From an uncultured Actinomyces sp. (lineage in GTDB: Bacteria > Actinomycetota > Actinomycetes > Actinomycetales > Actinomycetaceae): a DNA stretch of 64,000 bases. The number at the start of each line of letters is the position of its first letter. Position 1 is the first letter of the stretch. The position numbers were made by a program, and so were the translations under genes. Under the pieces are notes generated by a model. That model was not told the origin of the DNA, ran no database searches, and saw only the letters and a list, made by a program, of their open reading frames with translations. Shown one piece after another: positions 1 to 7,285 of the stretch. The stretch is from contig CALIZH010000382.1 in the NCBI GenBank assembly GCA_938028585.1, forward strand, positions 19,221-83,220. The letters run 5' to 3'.

Positions 1-16
1 ATAAGAATTGATATTG

Positions 17-102
17 TGGGCCAGGCTGGATTCGAACCAGCAATGTTTCTGATGTGCTCGGTTTACAGCCGAGTGCCTTCAACCAATTCGGCGCACTGAC
101 CC
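17..102 (-). tRNA. tRNA-Tyr(GTA)
   Basis: Reverse complement folds as a cloverleaf: acceptor GGGTCAG/CTGGCCC, anticodon arm CTCGG-CTGTAAA-CCGAG, long variable arm, GGTTCGAATCC T-arm; CCA not encoded. Confidence 0.95.
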
Positions 103-135
103 TTGTTGTTAACTCGTGAGAGTCTGCATTATGGC

Positions 136-159
136 ATGTAGATGCTGGTGCATCTACAT
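136..159. repeat. Perfect 10-bp inverted repeat in the Pro-Tyr tRNA spacer
   Basis: ATGTAGATGC-TGGT-GCATCTACAT. Confidence 0.8.
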
Positions 160-161
160 TG

Positions 162-234
162 TCGGAATGGCGGGACTCGAACCCGCGACCCCCTGGTCCC
201 AAACCAGGTGCGCTACCAACTGCGCTACATTCCG
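162..234 (-). tRNA. tRNA-Pro(TGG)
   Basis: Reverse complement CGGAATGTAGCGCAGTTGGTAGCGCA-CCTGG TTTGGGA CCAGG-GGGTCGCGGGTTCGAGTCCCGCCATTCCGA. Confidence 0.96.
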
Positions 235-559
235 TTGCCCACGGGTGTGCTCCTTGTTCTCAGATCACCTCTGTTAATAGAACAAAGAGCACACCGGGTG
301 CGGTCTACGTTGAGGAAGGTGATTCCATCAGCGTTCCGCTACCTCTGGGAGAGGTGGTTTGTGGTGAGGGATGCTGTTTGGCGAGCGGACAAAGCAAAAC
401 ACACTATATTCAGTTATATGCTCGCCTGGGGTGCGACCCCAGACGTGATCCCCCGATCACGGCGGTTGGTCTGGCCATGGAACCGAGGCAAGGAAAGTTC
501 AATGGCAGGAGAGGGTAGCTACCCCTTTCCTAATCATCCAGCATCATCCAACCGCTGGG
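235..559 (-). ncRNA. Candidate structured ncRNA between tRNA-Leu and tRNA-Pro, including a tRNA-like cloverleaf (421-492)
   Basis: 17-bp stem 244-260/279-295 whose only mismatch becomes G-U on the minus strand; four-stem tRNA-like fold at 421-492; palindrome GGGTAGCTACCC at 513-524; no credible CDS. Confidence 0.45.
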
Positions 560-646
560 TGGTTCCCTCGGTGGGAGTTGAACCCACACGTCCTTGTGGA
601 CACTTGATTTTGAGTCAAGCGCGTCTGCCTATTTCGCCACGAGGGA
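560..646 (-). tRNA. tRNA-Leu(CAA)
   Basis: Acceptor TCCCTCG/CGAGGGA, anticodon arm CTTGA-CTCAAAA-TCAAG, long variable arm, GGTTCAACTCC T-arm, encoded ACCA end. Confidence 0.95.
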
Positions 647-653
647 TTTTGAT

Positions 654-676
654 TGGTATATCAGTATTATATACCA
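654..676 (-). promoter_or_regulatory. Putative promoter of the tRNA array
   Basis: Minus strand reads TGGTATATAAT-ACTGATATAC (TATAAT -10 plus TGATATAC motif) a few nt upstream of tRNA-Leu; lies within an 8-bp inverted repeat TGGTATAT..ATATACCA. Confidence 0.55.
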
Positions 677-680
677 TGCG

Positions 681-1244
681 TCAGTTGTTCGCTATATCTC
701 TTGCGCGCGAGATGATCATTGTAGTATCGGGGCTATGTGCGGCATTACAACGTCGAACAATTTCTGCGAGATCATCATTAGTGTAATAATTGTCCAATGG
801 GTCCACCCAAACGCAAAAAGGTTCATCGGGGTTGTATGGTCGATGGACGTGATAGAACGTATTACACCCCGGTGGATCAATGATCGTACCGGCTGAGAAA
901 CTACTCGCCTTGAAGATATGACGAGTACCATCAGGACCTTCGGCTTCGAACATGTCGCCAGTGAGCTTTTCTGGCTCGCTCTCATCTTCTGTCATTGCTT
1001 TTTCAGCCTTTTCGGGGGTATCAATGGGATTATCCCCATTATCTCTATCGGTGATAAGAGACTTATCAATGTCGATGTTGAAGATGTCGCAGAAGCAATC
1101 AAGAGCGTAGTCGAGATCGGTCTTGACATCGAAGTCGGATTCATTTTCTTCAGAGATTTCATCGGAAAAAGCATCGTTGAGCATGTCGTTGAGAAGTTCA
1201 ATGAGAGCTTCTAGATTACCTATGAATTTTTGATGGTTAGTCAT
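681..1244 (-). CDS. Acidic hypothetical protein (187 aa)
   Basis: ORF with AAAAGGA RBS, co-oriented with neighbours; no recognised motif. Confidence 0.7.
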   Translation of the reverse strand: MTNHQKFIGNLEALIELLNDMLNDAFSDEISEENESDFDVKTDLDYALDCFCDIFNIDIDKSLITDRDNGDNPIDTPEKAEKAMTEDESEPEKLTGDMFEAEGPDGTRHIFKASSFSAGTIIDPPGCNTFYHVHRPYNPDEPFCVWVDPLDNYYTNDDLAEIVRRCNAAHSPDTTMIISRARDIANN

Positions 1245-1270
1245 GGTGTAATCCTTTTCGAACTTTGGGT

Positions 1271-2026
1271 TTAGTGGCTGATCTCGGCAGTGTTGTAGTC
1301 GATGGTGTAGCCGTTTGCCGTGTTGGGCACAGTGATGTGCTCGGAGATTGACTTGTCACATGATTCGATGTCCACAGTTACGGTGCGAGGGATCAGCTCA
1401 TTACTGTTGTAATTGGGCGTGACAGCGTAGTAGAGCGGGCAGGAAGCATGAGCCTGGTTATCTAGGTATGAGCGTGCCTTGGTCTCGGAGTACGCCATGC
1501 CGCCGTTATGAGCGTTGCTCAGGCCGACGTTTTGCGTGCGGGTTCCGGTGACAAGGTTCTCTTTCACCGGATCGCCACCGAGAGAATCAGCGATCATGTG
1601 CGAGCGGTTCCAGAACCACCCTGTGTATGATTGCGGGCCATCGGTGATGGTGACCTTCTGGTTATGCTTCGGCCAGCCGGTGGGGTTGATGTCGATGTGC
1701 TGACGGCCCCGAGCCTTGGCCTGCCCACGCATATTAGTGGTGAGCAAGCTGTAGGCGCACGTGGGCCTGCCTAGAGAGTCGAGATCACAGTAGGTGATCT
1801 GACCCTCCTTTGCGTCCTTGTATGAGCGCTGGGCCTGCCCGTCAACCTGGTAGTAGTCAGCGTTGTACGTGATGCGCGGCGTGGGCTGGGTCTGCTGCGT
1901 TTGCTGGGGCTGGAGATTGGTATTGTGCAGCTTATATGCAAAGGTGATGTATCCGGCAATCATGGCTGCACAGATGACAAGTGCGAGGGTGATGATTCCA
2001 ATCAACCCGAGGTGTTTCTTTGACAT
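1271..2026 (-). CDS. Membrane-anchored DNA/RNA non-specific endonuclease (EndA/streptodornase-like, His-Me finger)
   Basis: N-terminal TM helix; LDSLGRPT, WNRSHMIADSLGG, NLVTGTRTQN and YYAVTPNY..ELIPR motifs typical of the family. Confidence 0.85.
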   Translation of the reverse strand: MSKKHLGLIGIITLALVICAAMIAGYITFAYKLHNTNLQPQQTQQTQPTPRITYNADYYQVDGQAQRSYKDAKEGQITYCDLDSLGRPTCAYSLLTTNMRGQAKARGRQHIDINPTGWPKHNQKVTITDGPQSYTGWFWNRSHMIADSLGGDPVKENLVTGTRTQNVGLSNAHNGGMAYSETKARSYLDNQAHASCPLYYAVTPNYNSNELIPRTVTVDIESCDKSISEHITVPNTANGYTIDYNTAEISH

Positions 2027-2041
2027 GAGTATTGTCCTTAA

Positions 2042-2290
2042 TCAGTGGCGGTGTTTGTGCGAAACGGGCGGGCAGTAGCCATGGCCGGTGAGCAACCATT
2101 CGACGTCGACGATGAGAATCGAGGCAAGGATATCAAGGTCTGCGATTGTGTAATCGAAGAGGTACCCGATGTAGGGTTCCATGCGAGCTGGCTCGATCGT
2201 CGGGTTGATCTGGCAGAAGCGATCAATGACTCGGTTCAAGAATGCTTCGTGGGCGTTCTCGCTGGTTACGTAGTGGATGTCGATAGCCAT
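2042..2290 (-). CDS. Small protein, possibly a degenerate XRE-type HTH
   Basis: C-terminal LASILIVDVEWLLTG resembles the last helices of XRE HTH domains; GAAAGG RBS. Confidence 0.45.
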   Translation of the reverse strand: MAIDIHYVTSENAHEAFLNRVIDRFCQINPTIEPARMEPYIGYLFDYTIADLDILASILIVDVEWLLTGHGYCPPVSHKHRH

Positions 2291-2520
2291 GGTGGGGGGG
2301 CCTTTCTGATTTAGTGTTTCCAGATTTTTCCGGTGCGATAGTTGATCGCTTCCTGGGGCGGTTAGCCGCTATAAGTCGTTCATGCACATATCGCTATTAA
2401 AAGCCATACAAGGGGGACAAGACCACAAAGTGCAAGTGTTTCTACTACGTCGAATGAACATTCTTCATCTCGTGGCGTGTCTGGTTGCGATGTCATGATG
2501 AGTCCTTTTGTTGTTGATGG

Positions 2521-2562
2521 AAGAAAAAAGACCCTCTCCGTAACAGAGAGTAGGAGAGGGTC
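2521..2562 (-). terminator. Rho-independent terminator downstream of the Panacea gene
   Basis: GACCCTCTCC/GGAGAGGGTC stem followed on the minus strand by a T-run. Confidence 0.7.
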
Positions 2563-2625
2563 AGGGGAGAGAGTCGTTATAGTTTTCGGCGCACATTAGT
2601 GCGCCACATTTACTTCCACTCCGTT

Positions 2626-3081
2626 TCAGTGAAGGATACGGTGCTCGAAGTAGTAGACGCCCATTGCGATCTTGGGGATCAGTGTATCGCCACCTGTATC
2701 ACAGGGCTTTAGGTTGCCTCGTGCGTGCAGCCACGGGTCTTCGGCGCATACGCGTTCACTTAGCTCAGCACCAGTCATGTCACTCATGAGGGTGCAGATG
2801 CGAATGATGAGGTTCTTTTCCTCGTCGCTGAGCCGATCGGGGTCACCTTGTGGAAGTTCACCGGGACGGATGAGGAATTTGTGTCGGTGCAAAATGAATA
2901 GAAGCGGGGCCGCAGGGCCAGAGCGCCAGGCGTAGAAGTCCTCTGGGAACAGCGGTGCGCCGTTGTATGCAACGATGTGCGCTGCCTGAGCGTAGTACGC
3001 GAGCTTATGGAGCTTCATCGTCGTGATAGTACCTGTTCGGGTGAGGATATAGGCGGCAACGTCGGTGATGGATTGGGCCAT
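2626..3081 (-). CDS. Panacea-domain (DUF4065/SocA/GepA-like) antitoxin
   Basis: DVAAYIL..TTMKLHKLAYYAQA..PLFPEDFYAWRSGP..LF and C-terminal EDPW signature; start at ATG 3081 after GAAAGGA. Confidence 0.85.
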   Translation of the reverse strand: MAQSITDVAAYILTRTGTITTMKLHKLAYYAQAAHIVAYNGAPLFPEDFYAWRSGPAAPLLFILHRHKFLIRPGELPQGDPDRLSDEEKNLIIRICTLMSDMTGAELSERVCAEDPWLHARGNLKPCDTGGDTLIPKIAMGVYYFEHRILH

Positions 3082-3094
3082 GAGAACGTCCTTT

Positions 3095-3547
3095 CTACAA
3101 GTTTTGGTGCGGAGTATACACAGTCCCATGATTAGGATGCGATGGGTTGTAGACCCATATGTGACGGTTCCATACTACGTAAACGGGGATACCGGCTTGG
3201 TGCGCGAGGTCGATGCAGTTCCAAGTACCCCGCGAACCTTGTCCCTTGGGGTGGTCAGGGAATGCGAGGCAGAGGTCGGCTCCAAGATTCACCATCGTTT
3301 TGTTACGGATAGGGCCAGCGGCTCTACCGTAGGTGTTCCAGTCGGCTCGATGAACCTCGATCGGGAGACCCATCAGGCGCTGTCCTGCAAGAGCAGCTTC
3401 GGTGTCTGCACCTGTTGCGCCGCCATGGACGAGGGTGGGGAGAGCATGGGTCTTTTCAAGGATTTCTCGCACGGCGATGAGCAGAGCGTGTGAATCATAT
3501 GACGTCCATTGGTGGTTGCGAGAACCTGTGATGAGCAAGCGTGACAT
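3095..3547 (-). CDS. SLOG-family protein (YspA/DUF2493-like)
   Basis: LLITGSRN, LVHGGATGADT, AAGPIRNKTM, LCLAFP and SRGTWNCIDLA..GIPV motifs. Confidence 0.85.
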   Translation of the reverse strand: MSRLLITGSRNHQWTSYDSHALLIAVREILEKTHALPTLVHGGATGADTEAALAGQRLMGLPIEVHRADWNTYGRAAGPIRNKTMVNLGADLCLAFPDHPKGQGSRGTWNCIDLAHQAGIPVYVVWNRHIWVYNPSHPNHGTVYTPHQNL

Positions 3548-3683
3548 AGAGGTGCTCCAAAGAAAAAGAAGGAAATAAGAATCTGTATAATTATCGGCAC
3601 ACACCAGTGTGCCACAGGACTATGATATACTTAAGTATCAATGGAAACGTAGAGCCACGAGGCTGTGAAAGGAGAACTTAACG

Positions 3684-4019
3684 GTGAGCGAACGCGAGGC
3701 AGGCGAGCCGATGGTGCGTCTCAATGTCCGTATGCCACAAAGCATACGCGACAAGGTTGCGTATTGGGCTGAGAAAGAGGGTTTGAGCGCCAATGATTTC
3801 ATCATTGAATGCATTGAGGGGCATATCGCGCGTGCAAACGGCGATTATGATCTACCGACTTTGGAGCAGGCGCGTTTGGCTCAACTCGTTGATGCACAGG
3901 TTGTTCTTGCGAGTAACGTCGCTAACCTCCATAAGATGGTTGAGTCAATGGCGGGTACCATTATTGGCCTCACCCGAGGAGACAGTTACCTGCTCGATGA
4001 CGAGGACGGAGAAGAATGA
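3684..4019 (+). CDS. Ribbon-helix-helix (Arc/MetJ-like) DNA-binding protein
   Basis: VRLNVRMPQSIRDKVAYWAEKEGLSANDFIIECI matches the RHH pattern; GAAAGGAG RBS. Confidence 0.75.
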   Translation: MSEREAGEPMVRLNVRMPQSIRDKVAYWAEKEGLSANDFIIECIEGHIARANGDYDLPTLEQARLAQLVDAQVVLASNVANLHKMVESMAGTIIGLTRGDSYLLDDEDGEE

Positions 4020-4954
4020 TGCCTGAGTACGATTACGACGGTAGAGCGCCTGAGATTTTTGATCCTCGTGCTGCCATTAAGAAGCAGTTGCGCGAGCGAG
4101 AACGTAGCAATCAGCCTGTTGTGGTCTCGGCGCGTGGACAGCACGGTGGAAATGGTGGTCACAGTAGTGCTGCTCCTGGAGCCACATCTGGTATTGGTGC
4201 AACGCCACCACAGCCTCAGCGCGACGAGCCAGGGGATGCGATCACGGAAGCAGAGGGTGTTAACTCGTCTGCTCGTGAGAGTGAGACCCCCAGTGAGCCT
4301 CAGAAAGAAGTCGGTGAGCTGAGTCATGAGACGGTGCCGATGGCTTTGCGTCATCGCGATGGTAGCGAGATCCCTGTGACGATCGAGGGCGATGTTCGTT
4401 TTACATTCGACGGTGACTCGGTGCGGCCACAGGGTATGCCTTTTGTCATCGGGCAAGCTGTTCGTGATGAACTCACGAGACTCGGTGCTCCTGAGCTTGG
4501 AGCAGAACCCACGCCGAAGACTCAGAGCAAAACATTGTCGTATGGCGCACTCATCACGGCGCTCGCAATGAGTTCTCTGGATATCGAGATTCCAGGCGTG
4601 GACGAGAACACTCGTCGCGCCGCTGAAGTCCTGCGCACAGGACAGGGCCGCGTTGCAGCCATTGAGATGAAAGTGGAGCAGGTGTTGGATAACCAACAGC
4701 GCGCTCAAAAGGATCTCGATGCGATGACGAGGCGAGCGCTCAGCGCTGAGAAACAGCTCTATGAGCTGGAACTCATGCTTACATGGCTGCTCGTCGATAA
4801 GACTGAGCCACTTTTGTTCAACCAGGTGACATCTTCCTCGATCGATCTGACGAACAAGACTGTGCTTGATGCACGGGCGAGTCTTCGAGAGAAGGCTCGC
4901 GAGTTGGATCGAGCCGAGTCGGTGCAGCGGGGGAATCTGCGGATCGTCGAGTGA
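4016..4954 (+). CDS. Hypothetical protein with C-terminal coiled coil, translationally coupled to the RHH gene
   Basis: ATGA overlap with the upstream stop; 312 aa ORF. Confidence 0.75.
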   Translation: MMPEYDYDGRAPEIFDPRAAIKKQLRERERSNQPVVVSARGQHGGNGGHSSAAPGATSGIGATPPQPQRDEPGDAITEAEGVNSSARESETPSEPQKEVGELSHETVPMALRHRDGSEIPVTIEGDVRFTFDGDSVRPQGMPFVIGQAVRDELTRLGAPELGAEPTPKTQSKTLSYGALITALAMSSLDIEIPGVDENTRRAAEVLRTGQGRVAAIEMKVEQVLDNQQRAQKDLDAMTRRALSAEKQLYELELMLTWLLVDKTEPLLFNQVTSSSIDLTNKTVLDARASLREKARELDRAESVQRGNLRIVE

Positions 4955-4992
4955 GCGTTGCTATACTCTTGAATCGATGATAGAATTGATTC

Positions 4993-7236
4993 ATGAACCA
5001 ATTGAAACTGTTTGATGAGAATAGCGTCTTTGACCTAGCGTGCCGGGGTTGGTCGCGTGAGCGTGTCCTTGATGCCACCGGCATTGACCCCGGCTACCAC
5101 AACGCCTCAGTGAAGACTGAACTGAAAGGTGTGGATCGACACGCCTATAAGATCGAGCACGTGAAGCAGCGTGTCGGATTGCCGGTGGCACGAGATCTGG
5201 TGGAGCGATTTGCAACGTGTGAGCTGGACAAGGCTAGTGTCTTGGAGCAACTTGGGTTGCACGACGCTGTGAATCTGATCAAGCTCGCCGACTTGTTCAC
5301 AGGATTGGGTCTAGGCGATGAGTTCAAGGATGCGGATCGTCGCGCGCGCCGTAGTACGATGCGTGCAGGTATGGTTGCTCAGTACGGCACGGATAACCCG
5401 TTTAAGTTGGAAGATTTTCAAGAGAAGGCCGCTCAGACACGTGAAGAGCGTTACGGCGCTCGCTACACGCTTGCCGATGGATCGGTGTTTGCTGAGGAAG
5501 CTCGGAAGAAGGGTCAAGAGTCGTTAGAGCCTATACGTCGAGCTAAGCGTGAACGAACTCTAGCTCGTAAAAAGCGTGAGCGTGAGGAACGTCAACGAGA
5601 GCGCGCTCTTTATGGCCATCATCGTCGTACTTTGACTGATGAGGAAAAGGTCGTGGCAAATGAACGTCGTATTGCGACCTCGCAATCTCGTTATGGTGTG
5701 GACCATCCTTCTCAACGCGCTTCGTTTAGACAGAGCGTGTCGCAGTACATGACTGATCCTGAGAACCAACGGCGTATACGAGCAAGAACCGTTGCCACTA
5801 ATCAGGAGCGGTACGGTGTTGCTTATTTTACGCAGCTACCTGAGCATCGCCAGGAGCAATCGCGTCGAATGAGCGACCCGTTGCATCAGCGTCGTATTTT
5901 ATCGACGAAGCGTGAAAACGGTACGTTGTCTACGTCTTCTTCGGAAGATGCTCTGTGTGGGTTACTCGTTGCGTACGCGGACCAGCATGGTATGACCGTG
6001 GTGCGACAGTATCGTGACGAGAAGCGCTATCCTTTTGCTGTTGATTTTTATATCCCTGAGCGTGATCTGTTCATCGAACTCAATGGCTCATGGTCGCATG
6101 GCGGACACTGGTATGAGGCTGATCGTGAGATGGATCAGCGGACAGTACAGACGTGGCTCAAGAAGGGTAAAAAGTCTAAGTACTATCGTGTTGCTTTGGA
6201 GACATGGATCAAGCGAGACGTACGCAAGCGTGAAGCGGCTCGCCAGGCTGAGCTGAACTATGTCACGCTGTGGGATGGCTCTGAGGCTCTATCTGATACC
6301 CATCTGTGGTTTGCCCTAGGGGCACCAGATGGCCGGGATTGGGAACGTGAGTACTCCTGGCTTGATCTACCTGAATCTTTGATTGATCTCAGGAGTGGAT
6401 TAGAGGGGCAGGCCGAGCAGTGGGCTGATATTGATGTGACGAACGCTGGTTCGAGGCAGATCTCCTGGCTGGCTCGAAGTGCGGTGTGGGAGACGTTCTA
6501 TGCTCGCGAGTTGCAGATGTGGAACGACGACGAGGTGCATCATCGTAAATGGGGTCGTCTACGAGCACGTTTGCTTGCCAACCGATTGCGCTATCTCGGT
6601 AGGTTCCCTGAGTCGGCTCTAGAGGTGGTGCGAGGTTTGGCGATCAGCGGTGAGATCCGGTCGTACTCGACCTTCATTAACACGGCGATGACGGCTGTTC
6701 TCGATCAGTACAAGCCGACGAGTTTGTATGACCCGTGCAGCGGGTGGGGTGAGCGTATGCTCACGTGCGCGCAACGCGGTGTGACGTACACAGGTACGGA
6801 CATTTCTGAGGCAGTGGTTCAGGCTCACCAGAGCCTGATTGATCGTCTTGGTTTGACTCATGCTGACGTGACGCTCGGGGACAGTGCTACCCGTGATATG
6901 CGCGGTGGAACGCATGAGATGGTGTTGACCTGTCCGCCGTATGGTAACACTGAAGTTTACACTGAGAATGGAGCCGAGAATCTGGATGATGAGGCGTTCT
7001 TGGGGTGGTGGAAGCGGGTTGTCACCATGAGCGTTGCACCAACGACCCGTGTTTTCGCCTTCCAGATCAGCGAGTTGTGGCACGAGCGTATGAGCACGGT
7101 AGTGCACAGCGTTCTCGGTGATGGGTGGCGTTGTGTAGATGAGATTGATGCATCTGCTTCCCGTAACCATTTCCAACGTTCTCGTTCGCGTCAGACGCAT
7201 CGCGGTGAAACGATGGTAGTTTTTGAGCGACTCTGA
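4993..7236 (+). CDS. Fusion of RYG-repeat region, Vsr/DUF559-like PD-(D/E)xK endonuclease and SAM-dependent amino-(N4/N6) DNA methyltransferase
   Basis: Repeats QYGTDNPF/ERYGARYT/SRYGVDHPSQ/ERYGVAYFTQ; VDFYIPERDLFIELNGSWSHG; MTase motif I YDPCSGWGER and motif IV-like TCPPY. Confidence 0.75.
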   Translation: MNQLKLFDENSVFDLACRGWSRERVLDATGIDPGYHNASVKTELKGVDRHAYKIEHVKQRVGLPVARDLVERFATCELDKASVLEQLGLHDAVNLIKLADLFTGLGLGDEFKDADRRARRSTMRAGMVAQYGTDNPFKLEDFQEKAAQTREERYGARYTLADGSVFAEEARKKGQESLEPIRRAKRERTLARKKREREERQRERALYGHHRRTLTDEEKVVANERRIATSQSRYGVDHPSQRASFRQSVSQYMTDPENQRRIRARTVATNQERYGVAYFTQLPEHRQEQSRRMSDPLHQRRILSTKRENGTLSTSSSEDALCGLLVAYADQHGMTVVRQYRDEKRYPFAVDFYIPERDLFIELNGSWSHGGHWYEADREMDQRTVQTWLKKGKKSKYYRVALETWIKRDVRKREAARQAELNYVTLWDGSEALSDTHLWFALGAPDGRDWEREYSWLDLPESLIDLRSGLEGQAEQWADIDVTNAGSRQISWLARSAVWETFYARELQMWNDDEVHHRKWGRLRARLLANRLRYLGRFPESALEVVRGLAISGEIRSYSTFINTAMTAVLDQYKPTSLYDPCSGWGERMLTCAQRGVTYTGTDISEAVVQAHQSLIDRLGLTHADVTLGDSATRDMRGGTHEMVLTCPPYGNTEVYTENGAENLDDEAFLGWWKRVVTMSVAPTTRVFAFQISELWHERMSTVVHSVLGDGWRCVDEIDASASRNHFQRSRSRQTHRGETMVVFERL

Positions 7237-7285
7237 TATACTTGTTATATTCGTATACGAACGTTTTCGACGATTAGGAGGATTT

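Noticed and set aside
142..896. Plus-strand ORFs 142..786, 159..518 and 594..896
   Set aside because: They are antisense to clear tRNA genes or to ORF 681..1244 and have no RBS or protein motifs
2320..2500. Possible small minus-strand ORF starting at ATG 2496
   Set aside because: Stops after about 33 codons; no supporting motif
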